A DNA stretch of 64,000 nt from an uncultured Rhizobiaceae bacterium (GTDB lineage: Bacteria > Pseudomonadota > Alphaproteobacteria > SMXQ01): NCBI GenBank assembly GCA_964577835.1, contig CAZOBN010000004.1, positions 396 to 64,395 on the forward strand, read 5' to 3'. The notes under the pieces are model-generated. The model worked only from the letters and a program-made list of their open reading frames with translations, was not told the origin of the DNA and did not search any database. Position numbers and translations under genes: made by a program. Shown here piece after piece: positions 55,901 to 64,000 of this stretch. The number at the start of each line of letters is the position of its first letter. The first letter of the stretch is position 1.

Positions 55901-56632
55901 CTCGAAACCCGGAACGTCCGTCTCGACCAAAAATATGCCGCCCTTCACCAGGACGTTCGCCCCGGCGAATATGTGATGCTGTCCGTGACCGATACGGGCG
56001 CCGGCATGGCGCCAGAGGTGCGCGACCGCGCCTTCGAGCCGTTCTTCACCACCAAGCCTGTCGGTCAGGGCAGCGGCCTCGGGTTACCCATGGTTTATGG
56101 CTTCGTCAAACAGTCGCAGGGACATGTTCAAATCGACAGCGAAGAAGGCGTCGGCACCACCGTGAAGCTCTACCTGCCCCGCGACGAGAGTGAGGCATCG
56201 CAGGAGGTCGCGCCGGCCCCGGAGGTCGAGCACAGGGTCGGTGGCGGCGAACGGGTGCTCGTGGTCGAGGATAACGAGGACGTGCGGAACCTGACCAATC
56301 TCGTACTCAACGGGCTGGGTTACCGCACCGTTCTCGCCAGCGACGCCCGTACAGCACTCGACATCCTGACCGCCAACCCGGATATTGACGTGCTGTTTAC
56401 CGATGTCGTCCTGCCGGGAGGCACAAACGGTTTCGAGCTGGCTCAGCAGGCTTATGCCGTGCGGCCACGCCTAAAAATCCTTTACACTTCCGGGTACACG
56501 AACAATGCTATCATGCAAAGCGGCGTCGCTGACGATACGATCGTGCTCATAGCAAAGCCTTATAGAAAAGCCGATTTGGCGCAAAAAATGCGTCAGGTAC
56601 TCGCGAAGGAGAGCGCCGATGGCCAGCGCTAA
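52991..56632 (+). CDS. hybrid sensor histidine kinase (MASE1-like membrane domain, multiple PAS, HisKA, HATPase_c, REC)
   Basis: An N-terminal polytopic region is followed by several PAS-like blocks. H-box [13 protein letters not shown] boxes (NARDAM, DTGAGM, GSGLGL) and a C-terminal receiver (VLVVEDNEDV...DVVLPG...KPY). Start at MAKAADPH, after AAAGGGGA. Confidence 0.85.
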   Translation: MAKAADPHDDRLTRPPARPRRWADRFPVAAETIALALFYFCLAWVSFSFARTNDTIAIWPPSGVLLGVLLQTRRAHWPAYAGVALLASLAAGFAHIESWQVSLGLAVASVTEAVIAAAVLRRLVPGDFRLTGLWQLVALFGIGSLTVACTGAVISGLVLYLASGGDFWQTWLNWWLAVTTAILAICPLLLTWRDPRSRQVLSPRRKTIEALGTLLATAVLTTAVFSQTAVPLLFPIIPLAIWTAFRFGAFLTAFTCLMVALISIGMTWLGNGPIVGLANGSLDGELRILQDFLAVMTSSSLMVAIAWERSRAAQRELRLSEERFRDFAESTSDRFWETDENHRYTWISRPGRTTGRDLGALLGKTRMEMAGGDRTRDEIWRTHYEDLEAHRPFRDFHYSTRTQNGQLQYRRVSGKPMFDEDGTFKGYRGTVAGVTHSMETELLATQLGRIIEESLNEIYVVDASTLRLLLVNRGARDNLGYSMDELRNLSPIDICADLSGDQLREKYRRLDLEDRAKLTIELAHRRKDGTTYDVEAHLQRVVVGQMPPVYVAVVLDITRREQVQAELAAKSLLLHTTLDTMAQGICVYDGNLRLAAFNQKYIELLGYPDGFIQLGGRLEDHLRNSAARGLFGTGDPAAHIAERVRLAQHGLSARRVYHRPDGRIIVSHRRPMPQGGFVTTFSDITQRQTAEEALRLSTVELQDTKASFEAAIKASRQILYDWNTLDDTVKWDGETDLILGYTAKELEGLPGWMELIHPDDRRTFVRARAQAVMAQDVFSLEYRVCRKDGRYIPVADRGVFLAGTRGGAKRIVGFISDMSAQKATEEALRQSDKLLAVGQLTGGIAHDFNNLLAIILGNIELLSEDLGDDTKHQRHIQTAMTAAHRGAALTQRLLAFARKQPLEPRSTQANHLVSEMSDLLRRSLEPSVSLDMVLAGDLWLTKIDPSGLENALLNLALNARDAMPKGGKLILETRNVRLDQKYAALHQDVRPGEYVMLSVTDTGAGMAPEVRDRAFEPFFTTKPVGQGSGLGLPMVYGFVKQSQGHVQIDSEEGVGTTVKLYLPRDESEASQEVAPAPEVEHRVGGGERVLVVEDNEDVRNLTNLVLNGLGYRTVLASDARTALDILTANPDIDVLFTDVVLPGGTNGFELAQQAYAVRPRLKILYTSGYTNNAIMQSGVADDTIVLIAKPYRKADLAQKMRQVLAKESADGQR

Positions 56633-56987
56633 GCGTCTTCTTGTGATCGATGATGAACCCGCGTTCGGCAGCTTCGTAAGGGAAGTCGCCGAAGGCTTGG
56701 GCTATGACGTGCGCGTCACCGCCAAGGCGGATGAGTTCGCCGACACCTACGAGACGTTCGACCCGACCGTGATCGTGCTCGACGTGGTCATGCCGGAAGT
56801 GGACGGCATCGAACTGGTGCAATGGCTCGCCCAGGAAAAATGCAAAGCCAAGATCGTCATCGTCACCGGCTACAACCCGCATTACGCCGATGCTGCCAAG
56901 CGACTCGTCTCGGCCGGCGATCTGCCGAGCGTCATGACGCTGACCAAGCCGGTCAGCCTGGCCGATCTGCGCGCCGCGCTATCCTGA
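56619..56987 (+). CDS. single-domain response regulator (REC)
   Basis: LLVIDDEP ... LDVVMPEVDG ... TKP. Overlaps the kinase stop by 14 nt. Confidence 0.8.
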   Translation: MASAKRLLVIDDEPAFGSFVREVAEGLGYDVRVTAKADEFADTYETFDPTVIVLDVVMPEVDGIELVQWLAQEKCKAKIVIVTGYNPHYADAAKRLVSAGDLPSVMTLTKPVSLADLRAALS

Positions 56988-57309
56988 TCGCCCACATCGC
57001 TCGATCCTGCACCGACTACATCTGGTGGGAATTCTCTGGAATTCGTCTATCCGTTCATATAACCTTCACAAAGGCCGTGTAGTTTGACATGACCCTCAGT
57101 TGGTAACGGGTCGGAGCGCTTGCAGTACAAGCTCTATCCAGAACAACCATTCACAATCGCTGCTTCCATCGCGGATGCCGAGCCACCGGTTTCGCCCCTG
57201 TCCGCCAGCAGCCTAGCAATTCGCCATCTTTGCCGCTTTGTCCGCGCCTCCCATCGGGAGGCGTCTTCGTTCGTGCGTTCGTTTTCCGCTCCCCAATCAG
57301 GAGGTGTTC

Positions 57310-58059
57310 ATGGCTAAACGGTCCCAGCGCCAATCTACCGCGGTACGGCAAGCCCCCGGCGTGAAGGCGGAGGTTCATCCTTTGTTTCCTCATGGCGGTG
57401 CAACCGAGATGTTCGACGACTCCGGCCGGGACAGAAGCTATGTGCGCAACGTACGCCCTCTGAGCGACAACCAGCGGCGCCTGATGGAGGCGATCGACAA
57501 GCACAATCTGGTGGTCACTCTCGGGCCCGCCGGCACCGGCAAGACCTATATCGCCATCGCCAAGGCCGTCGAGGCGCTCGAACAGGGCCGCATCGAACGC
57601 ATCATGCTGTCGCGCCCTGCCGTCGAGGCCGGCGAAAGCCTGGGCTATCTCCCCGGCGACCTGGAGGAGAAGCTCGCCCCCTATCTGCGCCCGCTCTATG
57701 ACGCTTTGAGCGATCGGGTGGGCCGCAAGCGGCTCAAGAACCTACTGACCGACGGGTCGATCGAGATCGCGCCAGTCGCCTATATGCGCGGCCGCACGCT
57801 CAACAATGCCTTCATTGTCATCGACGAGGCGCAGAACTGCACCTATGGGCAGATCAAGATGCTGCTGACCCGGCTGGGCTGGCATTCGACCATGGTGCTG
57901 ACCGGCGACCCGGACCAGACCGACCTGTTGCCTGGCATGTCGGGGCTTTCGGAGATCGCGAGGCGGCTCGAAACCCTGTCCGACCTCGCCGTGGTGCGCC
58001 TGCGCGATTGCGACATCGTGCGTCATCCGCTGGTCGCCAGCATGCTCACGGTCCTGTAG
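57310..58059 (+). CDS. PhoH-family ATPase
   Basis: AGGAGG lies upstream of the ATG. Walker A GPAGTGKT, the LPGD..EK..PYLRPLYDAL motif, and Walker B FIVIDEAQN. Confidence 0.85.
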   Translation: MAKRSQRQSTAVRQAPGVKAEVHPLFPHGGATEMFDDSGRDRSYVRNVRPLSDNQRRLMEAIDKHNLVVTLGPAGTGKTYIAIAKAVEALEQGRIERIMLSRPAVEAGESLGYLPGDLEEKLAPYLRPLYDALSDRVGRKRLKNLLTDGSIEIAPVAYMRGRTLNNAFIVIDEAQNCTYGQIKMLLTRLGWHSTMVLTGDPDQTDLLPGMSGLSEIARRLETLSDLAVVRLRDCDIVRHPLVASMLTVL

Positions 58060-58149
58060 CCAGAGACCTTAAACCTGACACTTCGGCGCCGCGCCGCGCG
58101 CAACAGCCGGCGCGGCCGTCGACCCCCTGAATAGCCAGAGGGTCGGCCA

Positions 58150-58290
58150 TTACATGTCGTCGCGCTGGTATTGCTCCTGCTTCAGGCGCTCTTCCAGTTC
58201 GCGGCGCTTGCGCTCCATCTCCTCGCGCTTCTTGGCTTCGTCATCCGGTTCCGCTTTGGGCGGCTGCGGCGCTTTCGGGTCCTGGCTCAT
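58150..58290 (-). CDS. possible 46-aa charged coiled-coil ORF
   Basis: MSQDPKAPQPPKAEPDDEAKKREEMERKRRELEERLKQEQYQRDDM. GC3-rich but very short, with no known motif. Confidence 0.3.
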   Translation of the reverse strand: MSQDPKAPQPPKAEPDDEAKKREEMERKRRELEERLKQEQYQRDDM

Positions 58291-58488
58291 GAGAGGTCCT
58301 CGCTGATGTGATTCCGCGCACCACTGAAGGTTGCCACGTTGAGCGATGTTAGTCGGATTTTTCACCAATCCAAGCATCGAACGAAAACGCCCGGGATTGC
58401 CTGCGGTGCACCATTTTGCTCGTCGACGTCGAGCGCCCGACGGTGCCCTGATCGTATCCGCCGTCCCCGCACCTCCCTGCCATCTTGA

Positions 58489-59373
58489 TCAGCCGCGGGT
58501 CGCGCGCCAAGGCAGCTCGGTCGTTCCGGTTGCCGAGCCGCTGCGCTCCGTGCCGGTGATGACGCCGCCATCGACCTCGCCGCGGAAGTCCCAACGCGCC
58601 GTGCGGCCGCCTTCTCGAATCGGCACCCAGAACGTCAATTGGGCGCCGCGCAGCTTGCCATCGCGAATCTCGATCGGCCGCAGGCTGTCGGTCGTCAGCG
58701 TGCCGGCAACCTCCTGAAAGGTTTGGCGCAGGGTGAGCACATGACGCTGATCGGCGCCGCCGCGCGGTTCGGTCCATCGCCAATCTCCCTCGACCTTCGC
58801 CGGGATGTACCACAAGAATATCCAGGTATCGCCGTAGTGCTCTTTGGTCATCAGCCGCTGGCGCTGGTCCGGCCGCCAATCCGCCATGTCGTGGAAATGG
58901 GAAATGATTCGCGTGCCGGGCTTGAGATCGAGCAGCTTTGGCCGCAGCGCGAGGTTGACGTTCGGAAAGAGAAACATGGTGACGACCGTCGCCCGGCTCA
59001 GGTCCGTCTTGAAGATGTCCTGCTGGCGGAAAGCGACACGGTCGGCGACGCCGGCTGCCTGCGCATTCGCGATGCTGCGCTTGACCAGATCGGGATTGAG
59101 GTCGACGCCGAGGCCGCGCGCGCCGTATTTCTTGGCCGCGGCAATGACGATGCGGCCATCGCCTGATCCGAGATCGACGACGAAGTCCTGCGGCCCGACT
59201 TGCCCGATGGTAAGCATGCCGTCCACCACATTGTCGGGGGTCGGCTCATAGGGCACGACGATGTCACCTTGCGGTGGCGGTCCGAAGACGATCTGCGCCT
59301 GTGCCTGGGGCGGATCGGCGCATAGCACGAGCGCGGCCATGAGAACGAGCAGCATTCGAGCGACAGCAGCCAT
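58489..59373 (-). CDS. class I SAM-dependent methyltransferase with N-terminal signal-peptide-like leader and C-terminal beta-rich domain
   Basis: Leader MAAVARMLLVLMAALVLCADPPQAQA, then SAM motif I VVDLGSGDGRIV and post-I GVDLNPD. Confidence 0.7.
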   Translation of the reverse strand: MAAVARMLLVLMAALVLCADPPQAQAQIVFGPPPQGDIVVPYEPTPDNVVDGMLTIGQVGPQDFVVDLGSGDGRIVIAAAKKYGARGLGVDLNPDLVKRSIANAQAAGVADRVAFRQQDIFKTDLSRATVVTMFLFPNVNLALRPKLLDLKPGTRIISHFHDMADWRPDQRQRLMTKEHYGDTWIFLWYIPAKVEGDWRWTEPRGGADQRHVLTLRQTFQEVAGTLTTDSLRPIEIRDGKLRGAQLTFWVPIREGGRTARWDFRGEVDGGVITGTERSGSATGTTELPWRATRG

Positions 59374-59504
59374 ACCCTCTACCTTTCTTCTTCGACGACG
59401 GACCACCAGAGGAGTTTTCCTGCGAGCCCGCGCATGCTGATATGCTGACGATAGCACGCGACCGACAAGGTTCGCGCGCTCAACGTGACCTGGATGCAAG
59501 CGGC

Positions 59505-59927
59505 ATGATCGAACTGGCCCCCGGATTGACGATCGACGAAAAGGACCTGACTTGGCGATTCGTGCGCGCCTCAGGCCCGGGCGGACAGAACGTCAACAAA
59601 GTGTCGAGCGCGGTCGAACTGCGGATCGACCTTGCACACATCGCCGGTCTCTCCCCTGATGCGCGGACCCGGCTGGTCCGACTGGCCGGCCACCGGCTGA
59701 ACCAGGCCAACGTCCTCATCATTCAGGCCCAGCGCTTTCGCAGTCAGGACCGCAATCGCGCCGACGCGCTGGAGCGTCTCGCGACCTTGCTGCAACAGGC
59801 GATGGTGCGGCCGAAGACCCGTCGGGCCACCAGGCCCACCAAGGGTTCGAAAGAACGCCGGCTGAAGGGCAAGACCGAACGCAGTCGGACCAAGTCGATG
59901 CGTGGCCGCGTGCGCCACGGCGACTGA
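59505..59927 (+). CDS. arfB: alternative ribosome-rescue factor / peptidyl-tRNA hydrolase
   Basis: SGPGGQNVNKV GGQ motif and a basic C-terminal tail (KPTKGSKERRLKGK...). Start at MIELAPGL. Confidence 0.8.
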   Translation: MIELAPGLTIDEKDLTWRFVRASGPGGQNVNKVSSAVELRIDLAHIAGLSPDARTRLVRLAGHRLNQANVLIIQAQRFRSQDRNRADALERLATLLQQAMVRPKTRRATRPTKGSKERRLKGKTERSRTKSMRGRVRHGD

Positions 59928-59972
59928 CAGCCATCGCGCCGCGGCCCGACGGTCGGCAACGGCGCGCAAAAT

Positions 59973-61007
59973 TTATTGCTGCTTCATCGCCTTGATCAGT
60001 CGATCGACGACCGGCTTCGGCGTCGCATACATCTTGGTCACGAGCTCTTGCACCTCCTCGCCCGTCGCGGTGGAGATGTCGATCTTGGTTTTTTCGGCGT
60101 CGGCGAGGAAGTCCCTGTCCTTCATGGTGGCGTCGAACGCGGCGCGCAGCGCCTTGACCGTCGGCGCCGGCACGCCCGGGGGCAGCAGGAAGGCGCGACC
60201 GATATCCTGCTGGCCGATCATCAGCTCGAGCAACTGCCGGTCGGCCGCGCTCTTGACGAAGTCCCAGGTCGGCGGCACGCCCATCTTGTCGAGCTCCGGA
60301 TCGCGATCCATGCCGTTCTGCACGACGATGTTGGCGCTCTTGTCCTTCAGCCAGTGAGGTACCTGGGTTTTCAGGCTGGACCACGCCCAGCCGCACAGGC
60401 CCTGCGCCTCGCCGCGCTCGACCGCGAGCGTGATTTCGCGCGTCCCCTTGTAACCGCGCACGATGCGGAATTTGGTGCCGAGCACGTCGTTGAAGACCGC
60501 CGGATAATCGACCGTCGAGCCGCCGTCGGAGCTCGCCGCCAGGATGATCTCGGTCTTCATCGCATCGGCGAAAGTCTTGGCCGGAATGTTGGCGGCGAAG
60601 GCGCAGACGCGCACTTCCTTATTGGCGGTGCCGAGATACTGGAATTTCGGCGGATCGAACTTCAGGCCCCGCTCCGGCGCGAGCAGCGGCGTCATGATCG
60701 CCCCCGGGAAAATGATGCCGATCACCGTGCCGTCCTTGGGCGCGACATTATAGAGGAAATCGGCCGCTTTGTTGCTGCCGGCGCCCGGCATGTTCTTCGG
60801 CACGATATTGGGCCGGCCGGGAATATGCTTTGTCATGTGACGGGCGAGCGCACGACCGTAGATGTCATAGCCGCCGCCCACATCTCCGCCGATCGCCAGA
60901 TCGATGCTGCGGCCCTTGTATAGGCTTTCCACGCTCGATTGAGCCTGGGTTTGGGTGATGAGAGCCGCCGATATGGCGACCATCCATAGCCCGGTGCTCT
61001 TGATCAT
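59973..61007 (-). CDS. Bug-family (TctC-like) binding protein
   Basis: Signal peptide and the NMPGAGS motif, with the typical Bug C-terminus. Confidence 0.8.
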   Translation of the reverse strand: MIKSTGLWMVAISAALITQTQAQSSVESLYKGRSIDLAIGGDVGGGYDIYGRALARHMTKHIPGRPNIVPKNMPGAGSNKAADFLYNVAPKDGTVIGIIFPGAIMTPLLAPERGLKFDPPKFQYLGTANKEVRVCAFAANIPAKTFADAMKTEIILAASSDGGSTVDYPAVFNDVLGTKFRIVRGYKGTREITLAVERGEAQGLCGWAWSSLKTQVPHWLKDKSANIVVQNGMDRDPELDKMGVPPTWDFVKSAADRQLLELMIGQQDIGRAFLLPPGVPAPTVKALRAAFDATMKDRDFLADAEKTKIDISTATGEEVQELVTKMYATPKPVVDRLIKAMKQQ

Positions 61008-61211
61008 TCCATTCCTCCCTCGCGAAGCGGCCCTGGGCCTTTCGCCAGCGCCCCCGCTGCTCTCTGGTTATTGTTGACGCCTATCATAATTGTGCGATGG
61101 AACAAAGACATAGAGGTTTTAACTCTCTATTAAGTCGCAGAAATGTATTTCTTTAGTTATATCATATATCCTTAGTTATACTCGGTCCCCCGGCCGAGGT
61201 GGACAATCATC

Positions 61212-63365
61212 ATGGCTTTGTTACTCAGGCGTTCATTTTCCCAGGCCAAGCGCGATCTCGTCTGGGCAGCCGTGGTTTTCGCGCTGCTGACCGTCGGCGC
61301 CTATGTATTCGACATTGCCGAGGCCTATATGGGCTGGGCCGAAGCCTATGAAGACTATCAGCTCGACGAGCTACCCGCCCTCTTCACCGCCATGATCCTC
61401 CTGTTCGGCTGGTTTTCCTGGCGCCGCTGGCATGAATACAAGCGCGAAATCGAAACCGAATTGCGCCTCAAGGGGGGCCGGCTCAACGATCTGCTCGATG
61501 CCGCGAGCGATCGCTTCTGGGAAACCGACTCTCAGCACCGGGTTGTCTGGCGTTCCGTGCCCGATGGGCGTCCGCAACCGGATGACGATTTTCTCAACAA
61601 GACCCGATGGGAAGCCACAGGGATCGATCCCGCCGAGGACAAACACTGGGCGGCACATCTGGCGGATCTCGAAAACCGCCGGCCCTTTCGCGATTTTCGC
61701 TACAGCAAGCCGAAAAACGGGCAGATCGTCCATCGCAGCCTGGCCGGCAAGCCATTCTACGACGCCGATGGAAATTTCAAAGGCTACCGTGGCACCACGA
61801 CCGACATCACTCATGAAGTCCAGGCCGCGGAGAAAGCCGCGGAACTCCAGCGCCAATTTCTGAGTGCCATCGAAGGTATCACCGATGGCTATGCCCTGTG
61901 GGACACCGACGATGCGCTCATCACCTGCAACGAGCGCTTTGCCGAACTGAACAAGGGCGAATCGCTTCGCAACCAGCCCGGCACAACGTTCGAGGCCTTC
62001 ATCCGGCGCAGCGGCTTGGCTCAGGAAGCGCCGGACGGCGGCGAAGAATGGATCGAAGACTGCCTCGCGCGGCACCGCACGTCGACGCCGCATTACCATA
62101 TTCGCCACGACGCCGGCTGGATCGAAATGCGCGAGCATCATCTCGCCGATGGCCGCATCCTGACCGTGACCCGCGACATCACGGAGCAAAAGGAGATGGA
62201 GCGCCAGCTCCAGCAATCGCAAAAACCGAGAGCCGTCGGCCAGCTCACCGGCGGCATCGCCCACGATTTCAACAATCTGCTGCAAGTCATCATCGGCAAT
62301 ATCGAACTGATCGCCGAGGAAGCGCCGCCGGGCAGCCGGGTTGCGGACCAGGCGAAGATCGCCAAAACGGCGGCCGACCGGGGTGCCGGCCTGATCCGTC
62401 GCCTGATGGCCTTTTCCCGTCAGCAGGCTCTGCAGCCCCAGGCGTTCGACCTTAACCACATGGTCAGCGAAACCGGCGAGCTCCTCCGCCGTCTTCTCGG
62501 CGAAGACATCGAAATCCGCGCCGCATTGGGCTCGCAACAGAGCCCCGTGTATCTCGACCGCGCCCAGGCCGAGGCTGCTTTCGTCAATATCGCCATCAAC
62601 GCGCGCGACGCCATGCCCAACGGCGGCACCCTGTTCATCGAGACCATCGAAGTGACGAGAAGCAGCGAGGAAAGCGATCAGTTGGAGATCGGCCCAGGGT
62701 GCTACGTGGTACTGTCGATCACCGACACGGGTTCCGGAATGGCCCCCGAGGTTCTGGCGCGCGTCTTCGAACCGTTTTTCACCACAAAAGACATCGGCAA
62801 GGGAACGGGGCTCGGGCTCAGCATGATCTATGGCTTCGTCAAACAATCGGGCGGCGACGTCAAAATCTACAGCGAGCCAGGCATCGGCACCGCGGTGAAG
62901 CTGTACTTGCCGACGGCACGAGATCACCAAGCGGTCGGCGAATCAAAAGATGATGTCACCGAGCCGGTTTTGAGAGGAAATGAAACCATCCTGCTCGTCG
63001 AGGATGAGGACATGGTGCGGGCCTACGCCGCCGCGCAGCTGACGCAACTCGGCTACCAGGTGATCGCAGCCGCGGACGCGCGCGCGGCGATGGAACGAAT
63101 CAAGGACGTGAATGGCTGCGTCGATCTGCTGTTCACCGACATCATCATGCCGGGCGGCGTGAACGGACGCCAGTTGGCCGGCGATCTCGTAGCCGCGTAT
63201 CCGCATTTGAAGGTGCTCTATACCTCCGGCTACAACGAGAACGCCGTCATCCACGCGGGCAGGCTCGAGCCGGGCATCGCGTTGCTCGAGAAGCCCTATC
63301 ACCGGGCTGAGTTGGCGAGAAAGCTGCGGCAAGTGCTGGATGGAGATGGCGCGCGGCCGGCCTGA
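61212..63365 (+). CDS. hybrid sensor histidine kinase (2 TM, PAS x2, HisKA, HATPase_c, REC)
   Basis: H-box [13 protein letters not shown] boxes (NARDAM, DTGSGM, GTGLGL) and a C-terminal receiver ([10 protein letters not shown]...DIIMPG...KPY). Confidence 0.85.
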   Translation: MALLLRRSFSQAKRDLVWAAVVFALLTVGAYVFDIAEAYMGWAEAYEDYQLDELPALFTAMILLFGWFSWRRWHEYKREIETELRLKGGRLNDLLDAASDRFWETDSQHRVVWRSVPDGRPQPDDDFLNKTRWEATGIDPAEDKHWAAHLADLENRRPFRDFRYSKPKNGQIVHRSLAGKPFYDADGNFKGYRGTTTDITHEVQAAEKAAELQRQFLSAIEGITDGYALWDTDDALITCNERFAELNKGESLRNQPGTTFEAFIRRSGLAQEAPDGGEEWIEDCLARHRTSTPHYHIRHDAGWIEMREHHLADGRILTVTRDITEQKEMERQLQQSQKPRAVGQLTGGIAHDFNNLLQVIIGNIELIAEEAPPGSRVADQAKIAKTAADRGAGLIRRLMAFSRQQALQPQAFDLNHMVSETGELLRRLLGEDIEIRAALGSQQSPVYLDRAQAEAAFVNIAINARDAMPNGGTLFIETIEVTRSSEESDQLEIGPGCYVVLSITDTGSGMAPEVLARVFEPFFTTKDIGKGTGLGLSMIYGFVKQSGGDVKIYSEPGIGTAVKLYLPTARDHQAVGESKDDVTEPVLRGNETILLVEDEDMVRAYAAAQLTQLGYQVIAAADARAAMERIKDVNGCVDLLFTDIIMPGGVNGRQLAGDLVAAYPHLKVLYTSGYNENAVIHAGRLEPGIALLEKPYHRAELARKLRQVLDGDGARPA

Positions 63366-63374
63366 GCCGTACAG

Positions 63375-63410
63375 AAAAGCGCCGCGCAGGCGTGACCCGC
63401 GCGGCATTTT
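63375..63410. terminator. possible bidirectional terminator between convergent genes
   Basis: AAAA, then GCCGCGC-(11 nt)-GCGCGGC, then ATTTT. The stem is short and the loop long. Confidence 0.4.
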
Positions 63411-63431
63411 CCCTACGCCGATTTCAGAGCG

Positions 63432-64000
63432 TCATTTACCGGCCGGCGCGGAGATTGCCGCCGTCAGCTTGTCGGCAAGTGCCTGCGGCGTCGATACGAT
63501 GCGTTTGACCACGGCGTCTACGGTGTCGCCGGATGACACGTCGATTTCCAACTTGGTCTTCTGAGCGTCGGCACGGAATTCCGGATCCTTCGCCATCGCC
63601 ACGAGCGCCGCACGCAGGGCGGCGACGCGCGCCGCCGGGATGTCCGGCGGCGCGACGACCGGGCGCGCCACGGTTTTTTGCGCCAAGAACAGTTCCATGA
63701 CCTTGCGGTCCTCGTCGTTCTTGACGAAATCCAGCGCCAGCGGCACATCGGGCAGATCCGGTTCCTTCTGCAACGCGCCTTGCATCAGGACGCGGATTTT
63801 CTTTTCGGTGAGATATTCGGGCCGCCGGGTTTTTACGTTGGACCACGACCAATCGCCCAAACCCATCACCTCGCCGCGCTCCATGGCGAGCAGCACTTCG
63901 GAGGTCCCCGGATAGCCCCCGACGATGCGGAATTTGGTGCCGATCAAGGCGTTATAGAGCCGTGGCGTGGTTTCGGTGTCGATCGTCGGGCCGGTTCCGC
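63432..64000 (-). CDS. Bug-family (TctC-like) binding protein, C-terminal part (gene continues beyond window end)
   Basis: The frame is open to 64000 (...GTGPTIDTETTPRLYNALIGTKFRIVGGY...). The C-terminal half is typical of Bug proteins. Confidence 0.75.
   Translation of the reverse strand, partial: GTGPTIDTETTPRLYNALIGTKFRIVGGYPGTSEVLLAMERGEVMGLGDWSWSNVKTRRPEYLTEKKIRVLMQGALQKEPDLPDVPLALDFVKNDEDRKVMELFLAQKTVARPVVAPPDIPAARVAALRAALVAMAKDPEFRADAQKTKLEIDVSSGDTVDAVVKRIVSTPQALADKLTAAISAPAGK

Noticed and set aside
57245-57263. Hairpin CGCCTCCC-ATC-GGGAGGCG, 45 nt upstream of the phoH-like start, considered as a terminator or attenuator.
   Set aside because: It is followed by an interrupted T-poor tail (TCTTCGTTCGTGCGTTCGTTTT) rather than a U-tract, and it lies 257 nt after the previous gene. 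It may just be a 5' UTR structure, and I cannot support a specific call.
1-64000. Search for CRISPR arrays, rRNA genes and large tandem repeats.
   Set aside because: I saw no regularly spaced 25-40-bp direct repeats with unique spacers and no rRNA-like sequence. The only tandem repeat is the 40-bp pentamer tract at 18042-18081.

Overview
This is a high-GC chromosomal segment, by eye about two-thirds G+C. It most likely comes from an alphaproteobacterium of the Hyphomicrobiales/Bradyrhizobiaceae type. That assignment is an inference from gene content, many orphan Bug/TctC-type binding proteins, and dispersed GTCATGCCCCGG...CCGGGGCATGAC-type palindromic repeats.

I call about 60 protein genes, mostly housekeeping or metabolic:
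- Core metabolism: sseA, metC, hisI, methionine-salvage mtnB-mtnD-mtnC, and an ArfB ribosome-rescue factor.
- Zinc uptake: zur-znuC-znuB with a candidate Zur box.
- Oxidoreductases and related enzymes: a GMC oxidoreductase, an acyl-CoA dehydrogenase with a divergent HxlR regulator, and a TauD-family dioxygenase.
- Transport: a TAXI-type TRAP transporter, five Bug-family binding proteins and two MFS transporters.
- Signalling and other: two large PAS hybrid histidine kinases, a PhoH-like ATPase and a DUF1326/DUF2182 pair.
- RNA genes: tRNA-Arg(TCT) and tRNA-Pro(TGG). I saw no rRNA genes and no CRISPR array.

The clearest accessory feature is a 2884-bp IS1595-family element at 23986-26869. It has perfect 26-bp inverted ends and an 8-bp target duplication, and it sits in the U-tract of a cold-shock gene terminator. 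Besides the transposase it carries low-GC cargo. The cargo is a translationally coupled operon of a ~247-aa orphan protein, a PIN-domain nuclease and an unannotated 53-aa Lys-rich ORF, plus a divergent 91-aa protein with a Cas2-like pattern. This is my best candidate for an undescribed toxin-antitoxin or defence-like module.

Other observations worth a second look:
- A decayed integrative element bracketed by tRNA-Arg and a degenerate full-length tRNA-Arg copy, with a frameshifted serine-recombinase remnant.
- A (GCTTG)8 microsatellite 5 nt upstream of a start codon.
- A ~278-bp MITE-like element present twice in opposite orientation.
- A DUF4065/Panacea-like protein with an orphan upstream partner and an AT-rich perfect palindrome.
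- An archaeal-type (DUF120) riboflavin-kinase-like gene in an unusual operon.

All functional calls rest on motif and family recognition by eye. No database search was run.
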